NCBI GenBank assembly: GCA_013289175.1
Contig: JABDAN010000006.1
Coordinates: 18,988 to 82,987 of the forward strand
Reading direction: 5' to 3'
DNA: 64,000 nt
Source of the DNA: Bacteroidota bacterium
GTDB taxonomy: Bacteria > Bacteroidota > Bacteroidia > Chitinophagales > Chitinophagaceae
Shown here: piece after piece, positions 56,478-64,000 of the stretch
How the letters are laid out: every line of letters begins with the position of its first letter
Numbering within the stretch: the first letter of the stretch is position 1
The notes under the pieces: generated by a model
Told to the model about the DNA's origin: nothing
The model's database searches: none
The model's input: the letters and a program-made list of their open reading frames with translations, nothing else
Position numbers and translations under genes: made by a program

Positions 56478-56975
56478 ATGGAAAATCAAATGAAAACAGC
56501 GTTATTAAAAGATCTCGACCAAAAAAAAATTACGGTCCGCAGAGAATTTGCTGCCTCTCCCGCACTTGTCTGGAGGGCATGGACGGAAAGTGAATTATTG
56601 GATCAATGGTGGGCACCCCGTCCCTGGATGACCAAAACAAAACACCTGAATTTTTCAGAAGGAGGGAGTTGGTTGTATGCCATGTCGGGTCCCGATGGGA
56701 TACCCATCTGGTCCCTGGTAGAATTCAGTTCCATCGTCAAAAACAAAAGATTTAAAGCTGTCAGTTGTTTCTGTGATGAAAAAGGAAATAAAAATGCAGA
56801 TTTTCCTATTATGACCTGGAAAAATGCATTCCTGCCCTCCGGTAAAGGAACCACGGTTGAAGTAGAAATCAGTTTTAACCGGGAAGCAGATTTCAAAAAA
56901 ATTATTGAAATGGGCTTCCAGGCCGGGTTTACAGCGGCTTTGGGAAATCTGGATGAATTGCTGGAAAAAATATAA
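56478..56975 (+). CDS. SRPBCC/AHA1 domain protein
   Basis: REFAA...VWRAWT..ELLDQWWAP.PW...GG.WLY.M.GP.G...MGF..G....LGNLDELL. Confidence 0.9.
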   Translation: MENQMKTALLKDLDQKKITVRREFAASPALVWRAWTESELLDQWWAPRPWMTKTKHLNFSEGGSWLYAMSGPDGIPIWSLVEFSSIVKNKRFKAVSCFCDEKGNKNADFPIMTWKNAFLPSGKGTTVEVEISFNREADFKKIIEMGFQAGFTAALGNLDELLEKI

Positions 56976-57013
56976 ATGACCGGATTGAAGATGGACGGAA
57001 AACCTTGATCTCC

Positions 57014-57523
57014 TTACTTGATCCCAGTTTCCTTCATCACTTCTTCTGAAATATCCAGATCGGGTTTGCAATACAATACGGTAAGCCCTTCACTTTTATC
57101 GAGCACAACTTTGTATCCCAGCCGGGTGGCAACCACTTGGATGGCGTCATCCACTCTTTTTTTCAAAGGACCCAATAAAGAATCATTCATTTTGGAAAGA
57201 TCACCTTGATAGCCAAAACGGGTTCGTTGCAAGGTATGCAGCGATTTTTCGGCATCAAAAATGGCATCCGTCCTGTTTTTCTTGATGCTGTCGCTCAGCA
57301 TGGGCTCATCGCGTTGAAAATCCACCGTCATAATGTCCAGCCCAGCCTGGCGGTCGTCAATTTCTTTTTGCCAAAGCGCCGCCTGATGGTTAATTTTAGC
57401 TACCGAATCACCGTAATCCGGCATCTTGCCCAAAATATATTTGGTATCTACAAATGCCATTTGTGCCCATAAACCGGAGTAAAAAAGCAGGAATGCTCCT
57501 GACAAAACAACGAATTTTTTCAT
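57014..57523 (-). CDS. skp: OmpH/Skp family outer membrane chaperone
   Basis: AFVDTKYILGKMPDY...FGYQGDL...VLDK...VLY..PDLDIS. Confidence 0.85.
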   Translation of the reverse strand: MKKFVVLSGAFLLFYSGLWAQMAFVDTKYILGKMPDYGDSVAKINHQAALWQKEIDDRQAGLDIMTVDFQRDEPMLSDSIKKNRTDAIFDAEKSLHTLQRTRFGYQGDLSKMNDSLLGPLKKRVDDAIQVVATRLGYKVVLDKSEGLTVLYCKPDLDISEEVMKETGIK

Positions 57524-57568
57524 GGGCTCCAAGTTAGTTTATATTTATCGTCCATAAAATCTACGACA

Positions 57569-58510
57569 ATGCACAACAGAAGAAAATTTATCAAAAATTC
57601 CGGAGCCTTGGCTTTAAGCGGGCTTTTCTTGTCAAATAAGAACTATTCTTCGTTGTTTGAAAAATATGCGATGCATCCGGTCGGTCTCCAGCTTTATACC
57701 ATGGGGGGTACCATTGACGATGACCTCCCGGGAACCCTCAAGAAAATATCTGAAATCGGCTACAAGGATCTAGAATCTGCATTCAGTATCAAAGGTGGAT
57801 ACTACGGCCTGACATCCAAAGAGTTTGCCAAACTCACCCGCGATTACGGTCTTTCCTGGGTATCTCATCATGTGGTAGGCGCTCCTTTTAAGATGCCACC
57901 GGGTGGCTTTAAGGTCCCTGCCGGGATGGACACCACCCGGCTTCATCAGATGCGAACCATGCCTCCCATGAAAAACCTGAAAGAAAATTATCAGCAGGTC
58001 GTGGATGAAGTGGCCGAAGGAGGTTTGAAATACCTGGTATGTTCTTCCATTCCCCTGACAACGACCGAAGAAATAAACCAGGCGGTCGAAATACTGACCA
58101 AGTCCGGAGAGGCTGCAAAAAAAGCTGGAATTCAGCTTTGTTATCATAATCACATCCATGAATTTGAAATGGTCGATGGAAATAAACCATATGACCAGCT
58201 TCTAAAGATTGATCCAGCGTTGTTGAAGATGGAACTCGATATTGGCTGGGCTACGGTAGCCGGCGCAGACCCGCTAGAACTTTTCAAACAAAATCCGGGA
58301 CGTTATCCGCTCTGGCATGTGAAAGACATTGTTCTTGCTCAGAAATTGCCCACCGAAATAGGCAATGGCGGAGTCGATTTCAAAAGAGTTTTCGCCGCGT
58401 CAAAACAAGCTGGCATGCAATATTTCTTTGTTGAACAGGATGGCGCAACCCATCCCTTTGAGAGTATTACAAAAAGTTATGTTGACCTGACCACTAAAAT
58501 CCTGGTTTAA
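57569..58510 (+). CDS. Sugar phosphate isomerase/epimerase (xylose isomerase-like TIM barrel), Tat-exported
   Basis: NRRKFIK Tat motif; GLQLYT, YHNH..EF, ELDIGW, WHVKD, FVEQD. Confidence 0.88.
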   Translation: MHNRRKFIKNSGALALSGLFLSNKNYSSLFEKYAMHPVGLQLYTMGGTIDDDLPGTLKKISEIGYKDLESAFSIKGGYYGLTSKEFAKLTRDYGLSWVSHHVVGAPFKMPPGGFKVPAGMDTTRLHQMRTMPPMKNLKENYQQVVDEVAEGGLKYLVCSSIPLTTTEEINQAVEILTKSGEAAKKAGIQLCYHNHIHEFEMVDGNKPYDQLLKIDPALLKMELDIGWATVAGADPLELFKQNPGRYPLWHVKDIVLAQKLPTEIGNGGVDFKRVFAASKQAGMQYFFVEQDGATHPFESITKSYVDLTTKILV

Positions 58511-58578
58511 ATAAAGGCTGGCAATTGTTTGCCGCCATGGCAGCTAAAGGACCGGTCCTTCCAATGGAAAGATGGGGG

Positions 58579-59388
58579 CTATATTCCCGTAAGCCTTTGG
58601 GCGAACTGATTCAGTTTTTTTCTGGCGTTTGGATCATAAGCTTGCGCATGGGCCTGCGCTTCTTTTTTTACATTAAAGTATTTTCCTGTGATATGTTCCA
58701 ATTGGGGTGCGGTAGCCAAATAGACGATGGCGTCTGCGCCGCTCTGGGCGGTTCCCATGGGACTTATTCCGGCCTCCCGCACCATGCCCGTATCCAGGTA
58801 GGATCCGGGATGCAGGCAGTTGACCGTAATGGTTTTTTCCTTTAGTGTTTCAGCCAGTGCAAAGGTGAAGAGGATGACCGCAAGTTTACTGCGGGTATAA
58901 GCGGTTACGCCATCGAAATTTTTCTCCATCATCATGTCCTGGAAATCAATCGCGGACTGCCCGGCTGATGCCACATTTACGATGCGTGCTGAGTCAGCTT
59001 GAAACAGGGCCGGTAACAACAGTTGGGTGAGGAGATAGAGTGCCAGAAAATTAACTGTCATGCGCGTTTCCAGTCCATCTTTTCCCAGACGGGGCGCAGC
59101 AAAACCAGCTCCGGCATTGTTGACGAGGATATCCAGGGAAGAATGCTTTTTTAAAATTTCTTCCGCCATATTCCGGACTTCCTTCAAGGAAGAGAAATCG
59201 GCTTGCCAGGTTTCAATATGACGGTGGCCGGTTTTTAAGGTTATTTCCTGCCAAACCGCGTCCAGTTTTTCTTTATTCCTTCCATGCACCAACAAAATCG
59301 AATCCTTGAACCGGTTGGCCAGGTCAATGGCCGTGAGTTTGCCCAATCCTTCGGTGGCTCCGGTAATGAGTATGGTTTTTTTGTTCAT
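58579..59388 (-). CDS. SDR family oxidoreductase
   Basis: ITGATEGLG, NNAG, VAS, YTRSK, HPG; start at the ATG at 59388. Confidence 0.92.
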   Translation of the reverse strand: MNKKTILITGATEGLGKLTAIDLANRFKDSILLVHGRNKEKLDAVWQEITLKTGHRHIETWQADFSSLKEVRNMAEEILKKHSSLDILVNNAGAGFAAPRLGKDGLETRMTVNFLALYLLTQLLLPALFQADSARIVNVASAGQSAIDFQDMMMEKNFDGVTAYTRSKLAVILFTFALAETLKEKTITVNCLHPGSYLDTGMVREAGISPMGTAQSGADAIVYLATAPQLEHITGKYFNVKKEAQAHAQAYDPNARKKLNQFAQRLTGI

Positions 59389-59493
59389 CAAAGGTTGAAA
59401 CAAACCGGCTGAACCTTTTGTTTTTTTCGACTGGTAATTTCCGGCATGCCCGGTTAAGATTTTTATTGATCAGGAGCATGGGGACGGATCGGC

Positions 59494-59509
59494 AGGCACG
59501 CGAATTGCC
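59494..59509 (+). promoter_or_regulatory. Sigma54 -24/-12 promoter
   Basis: AGGCAC-GCGAA-TTGCC, ending 25 bp before the ATG at 59534. Confidence 0.6.
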
Positions 59510-59533
59510 GTTATATCTGCAAAATAACAGGTT

Positions 59534-59722
59534 ATGACAAAAGGGAAAGACCACCCAATGGATGAATCCGCCCATCCGACACCAAGGCCTAAGGCTGATG
59601 CCAAACTTTCAGGCAGAAAAAAGCAAGAAAAAAGAGCGAATCTGGATAGTCAAAGCGCTTCCGGCAAAACAGATCCGACCGCTTTTGATGCCAAAAATAA
59701 CAATATGCACAAAAAAAGATAG
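59534..59722 (+). CDS. Small hydrophilic basic protein (62 aa)
   Basis: ORF directly downstream of a sigma54 motif; Lys-rich, probably disordered. Confidence 0.6.
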   Translation: MTKGKDHPMDESAHPTPRPKADAKLSGRKKQEKRANLDSQSASGKTDPTAFDAKNNNMHKKR

Positions 59723-59907
59723 GGATACTCACCCGATGAAAACACCCTGTTCCAGGCTCCAAAAGGAGGTATATTTAAATTGATAAATCCTGGGAAGATG
59801 AATTGGATCTGATGGATATCGCCCGGTTCCCAATATTCAATATCGGTTCAATGATCCATTCCTATTTCTTCAGAAAGAATTTTTTTTAGAAAAAATATAC
59901 GGCGTAG

Positions 59908-60510
59908 ATGAAGGCAATTTCTTTCTTCCTGGTAGCTATCCTAACCGGATTTTCCGCGTTTTCGCAATCTTCGTTCAACGACAGCATTGCCGATACCCGG
60001 AATCAAACGACGGAAAAGGCTATGATTGTACTGGGAAGCTGGGCTGCAGTAAACATAGCGAGCGGATTCATCATTGCCGGACAAACGCAAGGTGAAGCGA
60101 GGTATTTTTGGAGAATGAACGCGTACTGGAATTTTATCAATGGAGGTCTTGCCATCATGGGATACCTGGGTGCACGCAAGGCGATGGCAAAAAAATTCGG
60201 ACTGGCCGAAAACATTGCAGCACAGGAGTCGATAGAAAAACTCTATGCCTTTAATTTCGGACTTGACCTGGCCTATATCACCGGGGGTTTCTTTCTTCGG
60301 GAAAAAGGGGTAAATGCCTCCAATCCGACCTCCCAGGATCAACTGAAAGGATACGGATCCAGTATTGTGCTTCAAGGTGGCTTTTTGTTGCTGATGGACG
60401 GGGTCATGATTTGGATTCACAAAAAAAATTCGACCCGGCTGAATAAAAAACTGCAGGGTCTGGAGCTGGGCGCCGGTCCAAACGGCCTCGGTTTGACTTA
60501 TAATTTTTAG
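59908..60510 (+). CDS. DUF6992-like membrane protein
   Basis: M.VLGSWA..NI..G...YF..MN..WN..N...FN.GLDLAYI..G...GYG.SI..QG.FLLL.D. Confidence 0.7.
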   Translation: MKAISFFLVAILTGFSAFSQSSFNDSIADTRNQTTEKAMIVLGSWAAVNIASGFIIAGQTQGEARYFWRMNAYWNFINGGLAIMGYLGARKAMAKKFGLAENIAAQESIEKLYAFNFGLDLAYITGGFFLREKGVNASNPTSQDQLKGYGSSIVLQGGFLLLMDGVMIWIHKKNSTRLNKKLQGLELGAGPNGLGLTYNF

Positions 60511-60558
60511 AGGGGGAAATTAAATCCCGGATAGCCATTCCGTAAAAGGAAACCGCCT

Positions 60559-61506
60559 TCAGCTTTTTCTCTTATAGGTAAAATCATAGTTGGTTAACCA
60601 GGTCCTGCCACTGTCTGCAGACGTCTCATTGAGCTGCCTTACCTGATTTTGACCTTCATTGAAGAAAGTAAATTTTCCCTGCAGGAGTCTACCTTGTGTA
60701 TCCCGGGTTGAAAAAATAAATCGCATGGCGCTGTCTTTGTATTCACCGTTAACAAAATCCTGTTTCCCATTCGGATAAGATCCCACCCATACTTGCTTCC
60801 ATTTCGATGAGCTATCGTCTATGAAATTCAGACTCTTTCCTTCACTCAGTGCTGATTTCCAGTTTTCCAGAATGGCGCATCCGCCAGATATCTTCTGGAT
60901 AACACTGTTGCCGGCATATACTTGGGTGCCGGTAATATATACATCCCATTCCCCCACCCAAAAATCAAATTCCTTTGTTTTTGGATCACTGTAACAGGGA
61001 TATAAACTGTCAAATAAATTTTGTCTTAAACGCTTGAATTCAGCGGTTGCTCTCAGCGTTGCAAAATTTCGGGAACTGTCTAATTCCGGCAGGGAAATAT
61101 AACCAGCCACTATGGCGCTGTCCAGAAAAACCAGCGCGGATTTTTCTTGATTTTCCAAGGCTTCCAGCATCGCCAACCGGGAAAAAACAGAAGCTTTAAT
61201 GGGGCCCATGGGATGAGCAGCCAAGGCCTGCATAAAATGTTTTTTTGCCTCCGCTAATTTCCGCTCCGTCAGTTCGGTATAACCAAAGCGGTTCAAGTGG
61301 AAGGCATCTTGCGAGGAATCTGAAAGAAGTTGCCTATATATTTTTCCAGCGGCAGAAAAATCCTTGGACATAAATAGTGCGTCAGCGTGTGCAAAATTTA
61401 TACTGTCCTGCGCATGTTGACTTCTAGCCAGACTGAAAAAAAGACAGGACAGGATTGTTATGGAATTTCTTATGCAAAGGGGATTCATAACAGTTGATTT
61501 GGACAT
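60559..61506 (-). CDS. Secreted TPR-containing protein with a C-terminal beta-barrel (FDFWVGEWDV) domain
   Basis: Signal peptide, TPR-like helices, then FDFWVGEWDV...GCAILENW...GKSLN...WKQVW...S.D.G.TW. Confidence 0.75.
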   Translation of the reverse strand: MSKSTVMNPLCIRNSITILSCLFFSLARSQHAQDSINFAHADALFMSKDFSAAGKIYRQLLSDSSQDAFHLNRFGYTELTERKLAEAKKHFMQALAAHPMGPIKASVFSRLAMLEALENQEKSALVFLDSAIVAGYISLPELDSSRNFATLRATAEFKRLRQNLFDSLYPCYSDPKTKEFDFWVGEWDVYITGTQVYAGNSVIQKISGGCAILENWKSALSEGKSLNFIDDSSSKWKQVWVGSYPNGKQDFVNGEYKDSAMRFIFSTRDTQGRLLQGKFTFFNEGQNQVRQLNETSADSGRTWLTNYDFTYKRKS

Positions 61507-61603
61507 AGAAAATTACTTTTTTTATTTTCTAACTAGTTCCCGTCCATCACAATCTGGAAACGATCTGACCTGAATTGTCCTGGCCAGCTCGTCATCGTAG
61601 TAT

Positions 61604-61638
61604 AAAAACAGACCCCCATTATTCATCATGGGGGTCTG
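61604..61638 (-). terminator. Intrinsic terminator
   Basis: CAGACCCCCAT-N8-ATGGGGGTCTG with an A-run on the left. Confidence 0.8.
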
Positions 61639-61675
61639 ACAAAAGCTCCCACCTGAGGGAGGCCAATCCCAATCC

Positions 61676-62149
61676 CTAACTTTTAATCAAATCTTCCGTT
61701 ATATCGATTTCTCCGTTCACAACCTGAACAACTTTGATATGATTAGCGTCCTCTATATTGATAACATAGGCCGGCGCTTCACCGGGTAAGCGAATCTCAT
61801 TGACATAGGAAATGGTATAACCGGCAAAATTGTCCATTACCAGGTCCTTTATGTCACTCACTAATTCAGCGGGAGTATAGTTGACCAAGGTACCTTGCCA
61901 ATAACCCTGCTTATCGTAAAAAACATGGGTCATATAATTTCCCTCATGAAAGACGCAAAACATGCTTCTATCTTTGTTGTTAAACCAAGACACATTTTGT
62001 ATGTCTCCATAGTGTTCTTTGAAATGGGCCATGGCTCGATCACTGGTACTGAGGGGTGCCGGATTAATTTTTGCCGATGGCCTGGAAATAGCTGCATGTA
62101 GGGCTGGTTGCAGGCAATAAAATCCTGCCAACAGAATCAACTTTTTCAT
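61676..62149 (-). CDS. Secreted PepSY-like/BLIP-like repeat protein
   Basis: Signal peptide; F...Y....NVSW...FYDKQG.W...Y....L...I...V...F.GY.I..V.EI. Confidence 0.7.
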   Translation of the reverse strand: MKKLILLAGFYCLQPALHAAISRPSAKINPAPLSTSDRAMAHFKEHYGDIQNVSWFNNKDRSMFCVFHEGNYMTHVFYDKQGYWQGTLVNYTPAELVSDIKDLVMDNFAGYTISYVNEIRLPGEAPAYVINIEDANHIKVVQVVNGEIDITEDLIKS

Positions 62150-62365
62150 TGTATTTGATTTAATAATTAAAGGATAAACCCCAGCAACGAAAGGAAAACT
62201 TCCATTGCTGTCCTCATGCGGCGCACTGTGTCTTTTGGGGAGAAAATCAATTTTAAAAAGCGTTAAACCGAGGTGATCATCCGCCTATTTTCTAGATACT
62301 ATCAATGTGCCAAAAAGTAATCTATTACAATTCAATCTGCTATAAAAAAGTTAACCATGCCCATC

Positions 62366-62610
62366 TGTTCGCTATTGATACACGGTTAGTATTTATGTCC
62401 ATTTTAATATGGTGAACGTCCACCTCTTATTAGATCCATGTTGTTGGAAAATGTTGCACACCGGGGGTTTATTTACGGAATCATTAACATATTAGCAAGT
62501 AGAATCTGAACTGGCCCAGACCCAAAAAAATTTTTCGGCCATTCATGGCGCATGCAGCGGCCGCGGAAAACACCTGAAAAATCAGACAGCGTATGTATCG
62601 GAACCGTACA
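62366..62610. promoter_or_regulatory. Two 17-bp TGT-N11-ACA sites, candidate enhancer (UAS) for a sigma54 activator
   Basis: TGTTCGCTATTGATACA (62366-62382) and TGTATCGGAACCGTACA (62594-62610). Confidence 0.5.
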
Positions 62611-62664
62611 GAATCGCGCTGCGAAGGTTTTTATATTTTATTGATTGTCAGTTGGCTGCAAGGG

Positions 62665-62680
62665 CGGCACTTGGATTGCT
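62665..62680 (+). promoter_or_regulatory. Sigma54 -24/-12 promoter
   Basis: CGGCAC-TTGGA-TTGCT, 38 bp upstream of the ATG at 62718. Confidence 0.7.
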
Positions 62681-62717
62681 TCCTTATAACGTCTATTGGT
62701 TTGATAAAAAGTAAGTT

Positions 62718-64000
62718 ATGATCCCAAACTTTTTCAAGATCGCTTTCAGAAATCTTCAGAAAAACAAGATATTTTCTTTCATCAACATTCTGGGTCTTGC
62801 CATCGGGCTCTCTTGTTTTATGTTGATCTCTGCTTATGTCTATCAGCAACTGAGCTACGATAAATTTCCTGTGGCTGCCAAAAATATTTACCGCGTGAAT
62901 TTATCGGTCACCGGTAACGGCGATCTGGCGGTGTATCCAGATGTGGATGTGGCGGTAGGCGAAGGAATCAAAAACGCTTTTCCGGAGGTAAAATCCTGTA
63001 CGCGCCTGGTGCCTGCTGGAAACAATTTTGTAAAATACAACGACAAACAATTCAAAGAAGAACATTTCGCTTTTGTGGATTCCAACTTCATGGGGTTTTT
63101 TTCCCTGCCGCTGGTGTCTGGCAATCCCCAGGAAGCCCTGGCGGCTCCAAACAGCATCGTTGTTTCCAAGAACTTTGAACACAAATATTTCGGTGATCAA
63201 CCGGCATTGGGTAAATCTGTCATCATTGGGACAAATACTGTCTATAAAATAACAGGCGTATTTGATAAAATCCCCGACAATGCGCATTTTCACTTTGATG
63301 CCTTCCTGAGCTTATGCACTTTTCCGAGAACCAATCTTACCTGGAGTAATATTGGATATTATACTTATTTGACGTTGAATGAAAATGCCGATCCAAAAAA
63401 ACTTCAGGCCAAATTCCCGCAACTGGTTTCAAAATATGTCGTTCCAGAAATTGTACATGATATGGGCGTAAGCCTCGCAGAAGCCAGGAAATCGGTGAAT
63501 ACTTTTGTGTTTACACTGGTTCCTCTCACAGACATACACCTTCGTTCCAATACCAAGTATGAACTGGAACCCAATGGAGACATAGAATATGTTTATATTT
63601 TTTCAGCCCTGGCTGTTTTCATTTTAATGCTCGCTTGTATAAATTTTACCAATCTTTCTACCGCCGGGGCCGTGAAAAGGTCCAGGGAAGTGGGGATAAG
63701 AAAAGTGATGGGATCCATGAAAAGGCAACTGGTGTTTCAGTTCCTCTCTGAGTCGGTCCTGCTAACCTTCCTGGCCACGGGGTTTGCATTTTTATTAACC
63801 TTTTTGTTGATCCCTTACTTCAATCGGGTGTCAGGGGAAAATATTCCCTTTGGCTTTTTCACTTCCGTAAAATCTGTTGGTGCTGCCATGGGACTGACTT
63901 TGCTGGTCGGAGTATTGGCGGGGCTTTATCCATCTTTTTTTATGTCCTCTTTTAACACGATCAGGGTTTTAAAAGGTAGTGGACCGGGTGCTGCTTCCAA
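62718..64000 (+). CDS. ABC transporter permease (FtsX/MacB type), truncated by window end; absent from the ORF track
   Basis: MIPNFFKIAFRNLQKNKIFSFINILGLAIG...ACINFTNLSTA...KRSREVGIRKVMGS...QFLSES. Confidence 0.92.
   Translation, partial: MIPNFFKIAFRNLQKNKIFSFINILGLAIGLSCFMLISAYVYQQLSYDKFPVAAKNIYRVNLSVTGNGDLAVYPDVDVAVGEGIKNAFPEVKSCTRLVPAGNNFVKYNDKQFKEEHFAFVDSNFMGFFSLPLVSGNPQEALAAPNSIVVSKNFEHKYFGDQPALGKSVIIGTNTVYKITGVFDKIPDNAHFHFDAFLSLCTFPRTNLTWSNIGYYTYLTLNENADPKKLQAKFPQLVSKYVVPEIVHDMGVSLAEARKSVNTFVFTLVPLTDIHLRSNTKYELEPNGDIEYVYIFSALAVFILMLACINFTNLSTAGAVKRSREVGIRKVMGSMKRQLVFQFLSESVLLTFLATGFAFLLTFLLIPYFNRVSGENIPFGFFTSVKSVGAAMGLTLLVGVLAGLYPSFFMSSFNTIRVLKGSGPGAAS

Noticed and set aside
358-63293. 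Numerous 60-356-aa antisense or alternate-frame ORFs in the track (e.g. 6306-7376, 10623-11141, 41851-42393, 62901-63293)
   Set aside because: They are shadows of well-supported genes on the opposite strand or in another frame, with no recognisable motifs.
1-64000. Mobile elements, prophage, tRNA or rRNA
   Set aside because: No transposase, integrase, phage structural gene, terminal repeat or tRNA cloverleaf was recognised by eye.

Overview
Chromosomal window from a Bacteroidota genome, most likely Chitinophagaceae. This is inferred from T9SS type-B CTD proteins, FtsX/MacB-type permeases, a TonB receptor plus DUF4249 pair, TAnnTTTG promoters and the near-absence of Shine-Dalgarno sites. It holds about 55 CDS. 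I found no rRNA, tRNA, CRISPR array, integrase or transposase. The outstanding feature is a ~16 kb biosynthetic locus with no recognisable core scaffold enzyme (20213-36434). It encodes an MsbA/PglK-type ABC exporter, three GT4 glycosyltransferases, four class I SAM methyltransferases, two cobalamin-dependent radical SAM enzymes, one radical SAM/twitch enzyme, a deaminase-type amidohydrolase, a flavin-reductase-like protein, a Pol-beta-type nucleotidyltransferase and a YceI protein. A SigW-like ECF promoter motif (TGCAAC-N16/17-CGTA/C) lies in front of four of the locus's transcription units and three unlinked genes, which suggests an envelope-stress-induced pathway making a heavily methylated glycoconjugate or glycolipid. 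Other signals are a sigma54 promoter set with TGT-N11-ACA enhancer-like sites, a 15-aa ORF with a strong Shine-Dalgarno and its own terminator, a 25-aa membrane peptide, a FecR-like N-terminal remnant in frame with a DinB gene, and a tightly linked ACP-cobB-HU arrangement. All functional calls come from visual motif recognition; no database searches were run.
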